A DNA stretch of 64,000 bases from NCBI GenBank assembly GCA_963677495.2, contig CAXXOU010000001.1:640001-704000 (forward strand), in the 5' to 3' direction. A program made the translations under genes and the position numbers. Shown in pieces: positions 30,170-38,945 of the stretch (its first letter is position 1; the number at the start of each line of letters is the position of its first letter). The notes beneath the pieces are model-generated. The model worked only from the letters and a program-made list of their open reading frames with translations, ran no database searches and was not told the DNA's origin. Origin of the DNA: Candidatus Cloacimonadales bacterium. Its GTDB lineage: Bacteria; Cloacimonadota; Cloacimonadia; Cloacimonadales; JAFGVF01.

Positions 30170-30305
30170 CTAATCGCATCAAGAACCTCTTTGCACCGTT
30201 AAATAAGTTATGCACATGATGTGGATAACTTTAGGGGTTCATAGGGAGGGTCTAGGGAGGCTAAAGGGAGGGACAAGCGAGATTCTAGGTTTTTGAAGCG
30301 ATTAG
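30170..30305. repeat. Dispersed repeat copy 1: 98-bp core (inverted DnaA-box pair + AGGGAGG x3) inside a 19-bp inverted repeat
   Basis: Core 30191-30288 is the reverse complement of 50452-50549 (4 mismatches). Flanks ctaatcgcatcaagaacct / aggtttttgaagcgattag. Confidence 0.9.
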
Positions 30306-30370
30306 GTTAAGGATCCCTAAAGACTCCAAGACTCCAAGAGATTCCAAAAGATTGCTGGATTTGCTTTACT

Positions 30371-30395
30371 TTGGAGCCCGGACATCCCTGTCCGG
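30371..30395. repeat. Short REP-like palindrome
   Basis: ttggagc-ccggaca-tccc-tgtccgg: GGAG tetranucleotide followed by a 7-bp stem, a REP-like layout. Confidence 0.45.
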
Positions 30396-30549
30396 ATTTG
30401 AATTTCTTTACTGGGAGCCAATTAGGTAAATAGCAAATGGATCTCCGCTTTCTAACATTATTAACAGAATAGTAATTTAGTTGACAAATATTATTTACCC
30501 CTGACAATATACATGTTTGGTTCAAACAAATCCTTTTGAAGGAGTTTCT

Positions 30550-31359
30550 ATGAAAAGAAAAGTATTAACAATATTGATTCTGATGATTTCTTTAGGTCTT
30601 ATGTCTTTAAGATACTCATCAAGTTATGATCTGGAAGGGAATGAGATTAGTGGGCGTTCAACAGACCCTCGTATTACTGAGATTGCACATGTGACTTCTA
30701 ATCCTGTATTAACATCAAATGAGCAACAAGCAAAGCTGTTATGGGATAGTCTTTTTGAAACACTTTGTACTAAAAACCTCTCTGAATATGAGCAAAACTT
30801 CATTTACACTACTGATGTAAATTACTGGAAAGAATTTACACCCAAGGAGTTAATAACTAAACAATACAATGGGGCTCATGTTTTTTATATGCAAAACCTA
30901 AGAACATTTCATGTGGCGAATTATATGTGTGCAACATATAACAATAAAGTTTATCTTTTACCCCTACATTTGAATCACTTAATGGATGATATGGGAGAAA
31001 TCATGAACAGTAATAACATTTATAACTACACTAACTTGTTTCTAAAACTATCAACTTCTTCTTCGATAACTGTATTAGATTCTACTATAGTGCTTTCTGA
31101 TTCAACTATGACTATGATAAACTATGATTTCGAGGAAGAAAGAAATGGTGCAGTTCACTCAAAGACATTCCTACTTTCACCATCTCAAGGTGTGATATCT
31201 GGTTTTTTGTGGGATTCCTGCTACTCTGAGTACAACAGTAATCATCGAAATACAATAAATGATACTGACCCAAGAAATTACGAGTTCTTTAAGAGTAATT
31301 TTTATCCAATTCAATGCCCTCTTTCTAACTCCCTAAATCCTGTTTTATATATCAACTAG
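30550..31359 (+). CDS. Hypothetical exported protein (possibly C-terminally truncated)
   Basis: AAGGAG SD before ATG 30550, signal peptide MKRKVLTILILMISLGLMS; no recognisable domain. Confidence 0.65.
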   Translation: MKRKVLTILILMISLGLMSLRYSSSYDLEGNEISGRSTDPRITEIAHVTSNPVLTSNEQQAKLLWDSLFETLCTKNLSEYEQNFIYTTDVNYWKEFTPKELITKQYNGAHVFYMQNLRTFHVANYMCATYNNKVYLLPLHLNHLMDDMGEIMNSNNIYNYTNLFLKLSTSSSITVLDSTIVLSDSTMTMINYDFEEERNGAVHSKTFLLSPSQGVISGFLWDSCYSEYNSNHRNTINDTDPRNYEFFKSNFYPIQCPLSNSLNPVLYIN

Positions 31360-31577
31360 AATATCTACTTCGATTTGTAATACTCCTGCAGAGAAACTTT
31401 TTTTTTGATCGAACAGTCTGTTATTTCGAGACTATTCATAAAGATTCCACTCATAGAATCAAGTTTCTGATAAACTCATAAAAAATAGTGCAGACTTATT
31501 AAATCCATCTTATCTGACATTGGTTTACCTTTCATTATTCAGTCCACATAGGGCTGTAGCTATGGAGGTGTTTATTA

Positions 31578-31733
31578 CCCTAGGTCATTCGACCTAGGGC
31601 TATTCAGTTTAAGCCCTTAACGGGCTTTTGATACAGATAAGGAGATATAGTAATGCACTTACTCAAGTTGTACTGTTATGTACCTTATCCTGAAGGGATA
31701 ATCCAATGTTAGCCATGGTACTTTAGCCCATGG
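31578..31733. repeat. Inverted pair of REP-like double-hairpin units
   Basis: Unit A: ccctaggtc-attc-gacctaggg plus agccc-ttaac-gggct. Unit B, opposite orientation: ttatcc-tgaag-ggataa plus tagccatgg...ccatgg. Confidence 0.55.
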
Positions 31734-31948
31734 AAATGAATAGATTGTCAACCCGACCCAGAAGAGATCATCCTAAATTAGTACGGCATGTTTGCTTCCA
31801 TAAGTCTGACACTCCGGCAAAGACAACATTTTTTCTGATGAACAGTCTGTCCATCTTAATGATTTTGGTAGAATATTTTCTTCTTGACTTATAAAATAAA
31901 GGAAAGTCTAATTCAGAGGTAAGTAGTTAAAGAAGAAGAGAGGTAACT

Positions 31949-34558
31949 ATGAAATACTTTATACTAGTTATTGGTTTATTAAGCATCACTTGCTTATCTA
32001 TGGCTTATTCCGGTGATGGAGTCATGTATGGAGGTTATTACTGGGCAACAAATATTGATGAGTCGGATACTCTTTCATATCATCCTGAATATAGTTGGAT
32101 AAACTTGGGGATTAATGCAAACTCACCTACTTTTTCTAACTCAGATACTGACGATGGATATGCACTTGTCCCACTTGGTTTTACCTTCAGCTACTTTGGT
32201 AATGATTACAACTCGATCTACTTATGCACGAATGGGTATTGCGTATTCACTAACCCTGTATCTGCAAGCTATCTTGCCGGTAATATGAGCATTCCTAACA
32301 CCAATGCACCTAACAATGCTATTGCACTTTGTGCGATGGATTTACAGACCGACTTTATTCCATCTACATGTCTTTATGGAAACGATTTAGAAGGAAATTT
32401 TGTCTTCTCTGTAACAGCTTGGAACGATTACAATGATGACGAGGAGATGTGGGATGTTCAACTTATTCTTTATCAAACAGGTAGAATCAAGATTCAGTAC
32501 AACAATATCCCTTCATATGTTGGTGTTGGTCCAACAACAATGATTGGTGATTGCTGCATTGGCATTGAGAATTCTAATGGTTCCGATGGGCATCAGTATC
32601 GAAACAATGGGGTTGGAGGAGATGTTGAAAGTGGAATGGCTTTATGTTATGCCCAATCTCCTGAGTTGTTATCAGAATCAGGAGAGCTTCTCATATATCA
32701 GAATGAGCTAGATTTTGGATATTGTGAGATGAGTACAGACGCCGATACACTTCTACTCGAAATAAGAAATCCATCGTTAGGAGTGATATCTATCTTGGAA
32801 GCACCAAGCCTTAGTGGAGATATTTCTGCTTTTACGGTTGTTGATGATTATATTTACCCGCAGAGTATTAGTCCCGGTGGTCAATTAGTTTATCCGATAA
32901 TAGCCAATAGAGATTCTACGGGTTTAAGAACTGCTGATTTCTCCTTTACTAATGGAGTTGATATATATCAGACATTGATATTAGCATACAATTATTATGC
33001 TGATAACAATGACATTTCAGAAGAAGCAACAGAATTAGGTGCTTTAACATTTGGAACAGATATATTTGCCGAGATAGCTCCTGAGAATGATGTTGATTGG
33101 TATCTCTTTTGGCTAACTCCATACGGTGATTTATCAATACACACAGAGACTCCCCCTAACTCAGCTTTAGATTTGAAAGCTAAACTATATGGTCCTTTTA
33201 ATGATATAAATCAGCAGGTGGATAATACTTCATTAATAGATTCAGATAACGATGGTTGGATTGATCAGTACAATCCGCTCATAACTGTCAATAATCTGCA
33301 GAACAGTGGATTTTATTACTTGAAGATTGAAGAGGAGACTGTATTCGAAGGTTATGAGAAAGATTATACATTGATTATTGAATATACAGGTGATCCCTAT
33401 TACTTTGTTCCTAATCCTCCCTATAACCTTGAAGTTGAGCTAGTAAGTTCCGGCATTCAACTTACCTGGGAGTGGGGAGATGGATTCAATACCGGCTTCT
33501 TTGCAGGCTTCAACGTGTATAGAGATGATCAGATGATTAGTCAAACTCTAATACAGGATTCATTGTTTGTTGACACGAATTATGAGATGACCTCCGGTAC
33601 AGTTTATGAATACAAAGTAACTGCTAACAATATCTGGGAAAATTCTGAATCAGCTCCTTGTGACTCTGTCCTATTCACGATTCCTGTAGCGGGATTCTTT
33701 GATGATTTTGAGTCTTTCCCGGATTTCAGTTCAAATCTAAATCCATGGATAACCTATGATCTAGATGGCAGCCAGACTCAGATGTTCACGAACTGGATAG
33801 ACTATCCTTATGAAGGTGAAGCAATCTCTTTTATAAGCTTCAATCCTTCTGCAACAACTCCTCCATTGGAAGGTTACAATGCTTATAGTGGAGATAAGTT
33901 TGCAGCTAGCATTTGTAGTGCAATCGGTCAAAACGAAAACTGGCTAATAACACCAAGGATTCAATTGTCAAATGAACCTGCGTCTGTAAGCTTCATGGCA
34001 CGCTCATTTACAGCTCAATTCGGGATGGAGCAGTTGCAGGTGGGAATATCTGATGGATCGTTAGAAATCGGTGATTTCGAGTTTCTAACAGGAAGTACAC
34101 CTGTGTTAGTTCCTGAAGAATGGGAATGCTACTCATATTCCCTAGATCAATATTCAGGTGCAGAGATAAGAATTGGCATACTTAGTAATTCTACCGGTAC
34201 TTTTATGCTGATGCTAGATGATTTTCTTGTTAGTAACCCAGGTGCTACTGTTCACGAAGAAGAACAACTGCAAGTACAAAATACAACAAACCTATATACT
34301 AACTACCCTAATCCTTTTAATCCAACAACTAATATCTCATTCTCAGTTTCATCAAAGTCGATGGTCCAGATTGCCATATATAATGTGAAGGGACAAAGGA
34401 TAAAGACTCTGTGCTCAGAGATATTAGATAAAGGAGAACATGATATCATCTGGGATGGAAAAGATGAAAACAACAACCCGGTAACTTCAGGTATATACTT
34501 TTGTAAGATGAAGAATGGAAGCATAGTTCTGACGAATAAGATGGTCTTGATGAAATAG
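31949..34558 (+). CDS. Secreted multi-domain adhesin-like protein with cleaved-adhesin (choice-of-anchor J)-like and FN3 domains and a C-terminal FlgD-Ig/T9SS type A-like sorting domain
   Basis: Signal peptide, nidogen-like DDGYALVPLGFTFSYFG, PPC-like NDVDWY, FN3 (YEYKVTA), NENWLITP..L, tail NYPNPFNPTTNISF...IYNVKGQ...WDGKD...SGIYF. Confidence 0.8.
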   Translation: MKYFILVIGLLSITCLSMAYSGDGVMYGGYYWATNIDESDTLSYHPEYSWINLGINANSPTFSNSDTDDGYALVPLGFTFSYFGNDYNSIYLCTNGYCVFTNPVSASYLAGNMSIPNTNAPNNAIALCAMDLQTDFIPSTCLYGNDLEGNFVFSVTAWNDYNDDEEMWDVQLILYQTGRIKIQYNNIPSYVGVGPTTMIGDCCIGIENSNGSDGHQYRNNGVGGDVESGMALCYAQSPELLSESGELLIYQNELDFGYCEMSTDADTLLLEIRNPSLGVISILEAPSLSGDISAFTVVDDYIYPQSISPGGQLVYPIIANRDSTGLRTADFSFTNGVDIYQTLILAYNYYADNNDISEEATELGALTFGTDIFAEIAPENDVDWYLFWLTPYGDLSIHTETPPNSALDLKAKLYGPFNDINQQVDNTSLIDSDNDGWIDQYNPLITVNNLQNSGFYYLKIEEETVFEGYEKDYTLIIEYTGDPYYFVPNPPYNLEVELVSSGIQLTWEWGDGFNTGFFAGFNVYRDDQMISQTLIQDSLFVDTNYEMTSGTVYEYKVTANNIWENSESAPCDSVLFTIPVAGFFDDFESFPDFSSNLNPWITYDLDGSQTQMFTNWIDYPYEGEAISFISFNPSATTPPLEGYNAYSGDKFAASICSAIGQNENWLITPRIQLSNEPASVSFMARSFTAQFGMEQLQVGISDGSLEIGDFEFLTGSTPVLVPEEWECYSYSLDQYSGAEIRIGILSNSTGTFMLMLDDFLVSNPGATVHEEEQLQVQNTTNLYTNYPNPFNPTTNISFSVSSKSMVQIAIYNVKGQRIKTLCSEILDKGEHDIIWDGKDENNNPVTSGIYFCKMKNGSIVLTNKMVLMK

Positions 34559-34658
34559 ATGATAACCTTTACATCGTAGTCGAACTGAGTCTGAAAAGAG
34601 TATAGAACTCGATGCAAAAGGAAAAATTATCAAAGTTATTCTAATACTGTGATTTTAC

Positions 34659-34691
34659 AAAAAAAGAGACTGCTTAGATTGCAGTCTCTTT
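34659..34691. terminator. Bidirectional intrinsic terminator
   Basis: aaagagactgc-ttagatt-gcagtctcttt between convergent genes. Confidence 0.8.
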
Positions 34692-34713
34692 AATATCTAA
34701 AACCGGATAAAGT

Positions 34714-34920
34714 TTAGTATTTACCAGCCATAATATCTTTTTCGTTGCATTTACATACTTTTTCGAAACGATATTTTGGAGCCCAAGTACTAGCCTTTGA
34801 TTTGTTCGCTGTGATAAGTTTGATTCTTTTGATCTCAGTGTTACAAACAGGGCAGAAAACTTTACCTTCTGTACTCAATTCATGAGCAAGCTTAGCAGCA
34901 AAAGCTTTACCTTTAGCCAT
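34714..34920 (-). CDS. Small basic Zn-ribbon protein, DUF4295/bL38-like candidate
   Basis: AGGAGG SD, 68 aa, Lys-rich, CPVC...CKC, directly downstream of efp. Confidence 0.7.
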   Translation of the reverse strand: MAKGKAFAAKLAHELSTEGKVFCPVCNTEIKRIKLITANKSKASTWAPKYRFEKVCKCNEKDIMAGKY

Positions 34921-34939
34921 TTTATCCTCCTAGGTTCTT

Positions 34940-35500
34940 TTATGCACGTTCCATGTACTCGCCTGTGCGAGTATCGATTTTAATCTTAGTTCCGGCTTCT
35001 ACGAAGAAAGGAACTATGACACGCAGACCAGTTTCTGTGTAAGCAACTTTTCCGCTACCGGAAGCTGTGTTACCTTTCACATTTGGTTCTGCTTCAGTAA
35101 GCTCCTGAATAACTGAGATAGGTAATTCAATACCGATAATCTCAGATGTAGGAGTCATTCTGATTTTTACTTCCATACCTTCCATAAGGAACTTATCAAG
35201 GTCACCTATAGCATCATTAGTGATATTGATTTGTTCATATGTTTCAGTGTCCATGAAGTAAAAGAAATCTGAATCTTTATATAAATATTGCTTTATAGAC
35301 TTTTCGATACGGACATCTTTAAGCTTTTCACTGGTTCTAAAAGTGTTTTCAATTACCTGACCTGTCTTGCAGTTTTTAAGCTTGGTTCTAACAAATGCAG
35401 CACCTTTACCAGGTTTCACATGTAAGAACTCAACTATTTCAAAAAGTCCGTTGTTATATTCAATTATCATTCCGTTTCTGATATCGGAAGTGTTAGCCAT
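34940..35500 (-). CDS. efp: Elongation factor P
   Basis: HVKPGKGAAFVRTKLKN, VKGNTASG, VPFFVEAG..IKIDTRTGEYMERA. Confidence 0.98.
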   Translation of the reverse strand: MANTSDIRNGMIIEYNNGLFEIVEFLHVKPGKGAAFVRTKLKNCKTGQVIENTFRTSEKLKDVRIEKSIKQYLYKDSDFFYFMDTETYEQINITNDAIGDLDKFLMEGMEVKIRMTPTSEIIGIELPISVIQELTEAEPNVKGNTASGSGKVAYTETGLRVIVPFFVEAGTKIKIDTRTGEYMERA

Positions 35501-35666
35501 AATATCCTCTTATGTCTATTTAATTTATCAAAGTTATTACTATTTATTACAGTTCAATCTGTAAAAACTCTTTAGAATAGCAAAAATTCCCAGTTACTGA
35601 ATTATGGCAAGAAGTTTTTTGTCTGTAAGAAGTTAGAGCTATTAATATGTCCAAGCTATAGAATAG

Positions 35667-35695
35667 AAAAGCCCACTACCAATTGATAGTGGGCT
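35667..35695 (-). terminator. Intrinsic terminator
   Basis: agcccacta-ccaattga-tagtgggct with an A tract (U tract on the minus strand), downstream of the 35722-37428 gene. Confidence 0.75.
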
Positions 35696-35721
35696 CAATG
35701 TATTATCTAAACTCAGATGAG

Positions 35722-37428
35722 TTAGTATTTACGCATTGTATCCATAGAACCGAAGAGGTTGAATGGAAGCTCTGCAAGAGCATATGAGAAACCAAGACTG
35801 ATGTTTAAACCACCGAGGCTGATATCATTGTCACCCATTGGGATATCCCATGTGTAACCAGAACCTGAGAGTTCAGCTTTTAAAGGTTCTAAGGTATATT
35901 TGTAACCAAGTTGAAGGTCAACTAAGATGTCAGCAGATAGCATCCACTCAGCACCACCAAAAGCTTTGATACCGATAGTGTGGATATCAAGTATAACGTC
36001 ATTACCAAAGTCTAAACTAAGCATGTCATAGCTACCTTGAGCACCAAAGTTAACACCGAATCTTCCCATCCACCATTTCTTAGTAGCACCAAGATAAGCA
36101 CCGGAAATAGATGTTGTGAAGTCTCCTTCATCCCAACCTTCTTCTTCATCAACTTCAGCATCAGGCATACCGTAGTAGGCACCAAGTTCAAAGAAAAGCT
36201 GGCGTGAGTTGAATACTGATGCTACATTGTTCATAAGCTTTATATCAAAGATTGTTGCTGATTCAATATCGTCTTTGAAATATGTTCGTTCACCAATACC
36301 ATCTCCATAATTGATAGTTTTTCCAATTTCCATACCTGCAAGAACACCTGCTGTGAGCTGAAAATCGATACCAAGTCTTGGATGCTCCATAAGAACCATA
36401 CCGATGTCGCCTTTACCATAATGTTTGTAGAATAATGAGTTTTGGCTAGCATCTTTTTCGTTATGAGCTGTTTTCCAAACACGTGTGAAACCTTTCTTCA
36501 CGAGTTTAGTTTTGCCATCAGATGTTTCTACAGCTTCGCAAACATGGTAACCATCATCAAGGTGAACACCTTCTTTGTGACCGATATCACCGGCAAGTTT
36601 ACCTTTTTCAATTGAAACAATTTGAGCTTGAAGTTTGAAGTCGTCGATTTGCTTAGTTTTAACTCCTAAGTTCTTTGCAAAAGCGAGCATTGCATTGTAT
36701 TTAGCATTAGTTTTGTAATCAACTGACTTTTTGAAATCTCCAAATACGAAAGTAGCTTTTTTATCAGTAACAGTTTTTGTATCGTATGTTTTAGTAGTAG
36801 CGCTCTTAACCTGAACAATAGAAACTTTACCGTCAGGAGCGATATTAACTTTGTACCAAAGGATACCACCATTAATTGTATATTTGTAATACTTTTTCTT
36901 CTTATCTTTATCATCTTCAGTAACTTCTTCAGTAATGTCAGACACAAAAGGAAGATAGATATAAGCTGAGTTCATGAAAGCAGCAAGCTCATCACCTGAT
37001 AAACCTAAGCTTTTACCTTTAGTAGTAGCAAAACTCATCATAGACATTTCATCTTTGAATCCGCCATCAGCTCTTTTCTTTTGAAGCTCAGGATCGTTGA
37101 GAATCTGAGCAATCTTAACAGCAACTGTTCTTTCCATAACGCCACCAAGAGCAGAAGGAGAAACAGCAGTAATTTTGTTAGCTTCTGTAACGAAATCAGC
37201 TTTTACGCCATCAGGAAGAGTATTGAAATCGAAACGAGGAATCTCAACGTAGAATTTGAACATTCTGTCAAAGAAAGCTCTCTCGCTATCGTTCATGTAA
37301 CCACTACCTGCTTTCATCCAGATAGATTCCACTGAGCTTACAGATTTGCGTACGTATTGACCCTGTTGAGCTACGAGTGAAAATGCAACTAAAACTAGTA
37401 AAGAAATAACTAGTATTTTTTTCATCAT
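35722..37428 (-). CDS. Exported protein with probable C-terminal outer-membrane beta-barrel
   Basis: Signal peptide; FlgT_C-like middle (AQIVSIEKGKLAGDIGHKEGV); alternating aromatic beta-strands in the C-terminal ~220 aa; biased codon usage. Confidence 0.6.
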   Translation of the reverse strand: MMKKILVISLLVLVAFSLVAQQGQYVRKSVSSVESIWMKAGSGYMNDSERAFFDRMFKFYVEIPRFDFNTLPDGVKADFVTEANKITAVSPSALGGVMERTVAVKIAQILNDPELQKKRADGGFKDEMSMMSFATTKGKSLGLSGDELAAFMNSAYIYLPFVSDITEEVTEDDKDKKKKYYKYTINGGILWYKVNIAPDGKVSIVQVKSATTKTYDTKTVTDKKATFVFGDFKKSVDYKTNAKYNAMLAFAKNLGVKTKQIDDFKLQAQIVSIEKGKLAGDIGHKEGVHLDDGYHVCEAVETSDGKTKLVKKGFTRVWKTAHNEKDASQNSLFYKHYGKGDIGMVLMEHPRLGIDFQLTAGVLAGMEIGKTINYGDGIGERTYFKDDIESATIFDIKLMNNVASVFNSRQLFFELGAYYGMPDAEVDEEEGWDEGDFTTSISGAYLGATKKWWMGRFGVNFGAQGSYDMLSLDFGNDVILDIHTIGIKAFGGAEWMLSADILVDLQLGYKYTLEPLKAELSGSGYTWDIPMGDNDISLGGLNISLGFSYALAELPFNLFGSMDTMRKY

Positions 37429-37588
37429 TAACCTCCAAGTAAATTTTGATAAGCAAATTGTTCGTCTTTACCAATGTCAAGTGTTAATTAAGTATAACCT
37501 GTAACTGAACCCTGTTCTTTTAGCCTATCTTGCATATAACAGGGATGTTAAGTAACAAGACAGACAAAGTAAAAAAAATTGCGAAATC

Positions 37589-37617
37589 AAAAAAAGACTC
37601 AGTAACTCTGAGTCTTT
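37589..37617 (-). terminator. Intrinsic terminator after greA
   Basis: aaagactcag-taact-ctgagtcttt with an A7 tract. Confidence 0.8.
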
Positions 37618-37637
37618 AACATTTTCAAAAACTGAAA

Positions 37638-38114
37638 TTAATAGATATCTAAGATTAGTAAATCTCTATGGCCTCTAGGAGCTTTAACAGTTGTCCTTTG
37701 CTCTTTAGATTTACCAATCAGTGCGAGTCCGATTGGGGAAGCAACTGATATTTTATTAACTCCCTCTTCAAGAAAATTAACCTCGTCTACTCCAACTAAA
37801 CGATAAAGTATCTCTTCATCAGTTTCAATTTCTTTAACCTTAACAAAAGCACCGAAACGCACTTTATCTTTTGGAATAGAAGTTGTGTCTAAAACTGTAA
37901 GAATCGCTGAACGTCTTTTTAGGTAATCAAGCTCATTATCAACCATTCTTTGTTCCTCTTTTGCAGCTTTGTATTCTGCGTTTTCACTAAGGTCACCTTG
38001 CTCTCTGGCAACTTGAATTCTCTTGATTATTTCAGGACGGACTTTGTTCAAGTCCTGAATTCTTTTTTGCAAAGCAACCATTCCTGCTTTAGTAATGAAA
38101 TCATTATTTGCCAT
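37638..38114 (-). CDS. greA: Transcription elongation factor GreA
   Basis: AREQGDLSENAEYKAAKEEQ, VRFGA.V, ISVASPIGLALIGK. Confidence 0.95.
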   Translation of the reverse strand: MANNDFITKAGMVALQKRIQDLNKVRPEIIKRIQVAREQGDLSENAEYKAAKEEQRMVDNELDYLKRRSAILTVLDTTSIPKDKVRFGAFVKVKEIETDEEILYRLVGVDEVNFLEEGVNKISVASPIGLALIGKSKEQRTTVKAPRGHRDLLILDIY

Positions 38115-38121
38115 TATATAC

Positions 38122-38928
38122 CTACTTACTCTTTCGGATTAAATATTTATGTCCGGTAATTGCAGCTTTCTTTAGACGTGCATTACCGCTTTTTGTCCAT
38201 TGTTCTACTATTGGTAGTAACTCTTCCTGATACTTATTCAATGAGCCACACATTATCTCAACCAATGATGGGTCATGTGTGTTCTTATTCTTGATGAAAA
38301 AGGATATGTATAACTTATTATCGATACTTGAAACATTTTTCAAGAAGTAAGTAGCACTTTTGATTGTAGCCTCAGAGCCAAAGAGCCATGAATATTTAAG
38401 TTTTTCAAGAATCTCAGATAAATATGTATCTTCGCTTTTAGAGAACTTAAGAAGAAGCTTAATTAGATTAAGCTGAAGATCTGAATTATCAGTCTTAAGC
38501 CATTTGTAAATCAAGTTCAAATATGTTTGTGGATTCTTTTTCATTAGAGGTAAGATAGTCTTCTCTAAAAGAAGATGAACCATAGCTGTATCATCATCTT
38601 TGAGTTTAGCTTCAACAACCGGAAGATAGAAATCCGGGTTTCTTTTTATATACCTACTGATTAACTGGATGAAACAGACTTTACCATTAGTACCTTTTTC
38701 GTCCCAAAGGGAGTTATAAAAGTCAATATACTCAGTGTTATTTTTACCAATCTTCGTCGCCAACTCTTTAGCAACAAATACGATTACCTCTTTAGGTATT
38801 GCATTATGCACTCTAATCGGATAGACATTGTAAACAATTTCTATATCGTAGTTTTTATTTAGTAGTTTTGTTTCATAAAATTCATCTACGTCATGAGTTA
38901 ATCGTTCTTTCCAATCTAACGATATCAT
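38122..38928 (-). CDS. Helical-repeat (HEAT/ARM, DNA-alkylation-repair-like) hypothetical protein
   Basis: All-alpha pattern, ..IYKWLKTDN.., ..VEQWTKSGNARLKKAA; GAGGAG SD. Confidence 0.45.
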   Translation of the reverse strand: MISLDWKERLTHDVDEFYETKLLNKNYDIEIVYNVYPIRVHNAIPKEVIVFVAKELATKIGKNNTEYIDFYNSLWDEKGTNGKVCFIQLISRYIKRNPDFYLPVVEAKLKDDDTAMVHLLLEKTILPLMKKNPQTYLNLIYKWLKTDNSDLQLNLIKLLLKFSKSEDTYLSEILEKLKYSWLFGSEATIKSATYFLKNVSSIDNKLYISFFIKNKNTHDPSLVEIMCGSLNKYQEELLPIVEQWTKSGNARLKKAAITGHKYLIRKSK

Positions 38929-38945
38929 ACTCTCCTCACTTTCTT

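Noticed and set aside
30200..30230. Replication origin at the DnaA boxes
   Set aside because: There are only two boxes, the same element recurs 20 kb away, and no dnaA, dnaN or gidA context is present.
34560..34631. Riboswitch or tRNA-like element after the adhesin gene
   Set aside because: It is an imperfect hairpin (cctttacatcg/cgatgcaaaagg) in a 3' region between convergent genes, with no aptamer or cloverleaf signature.
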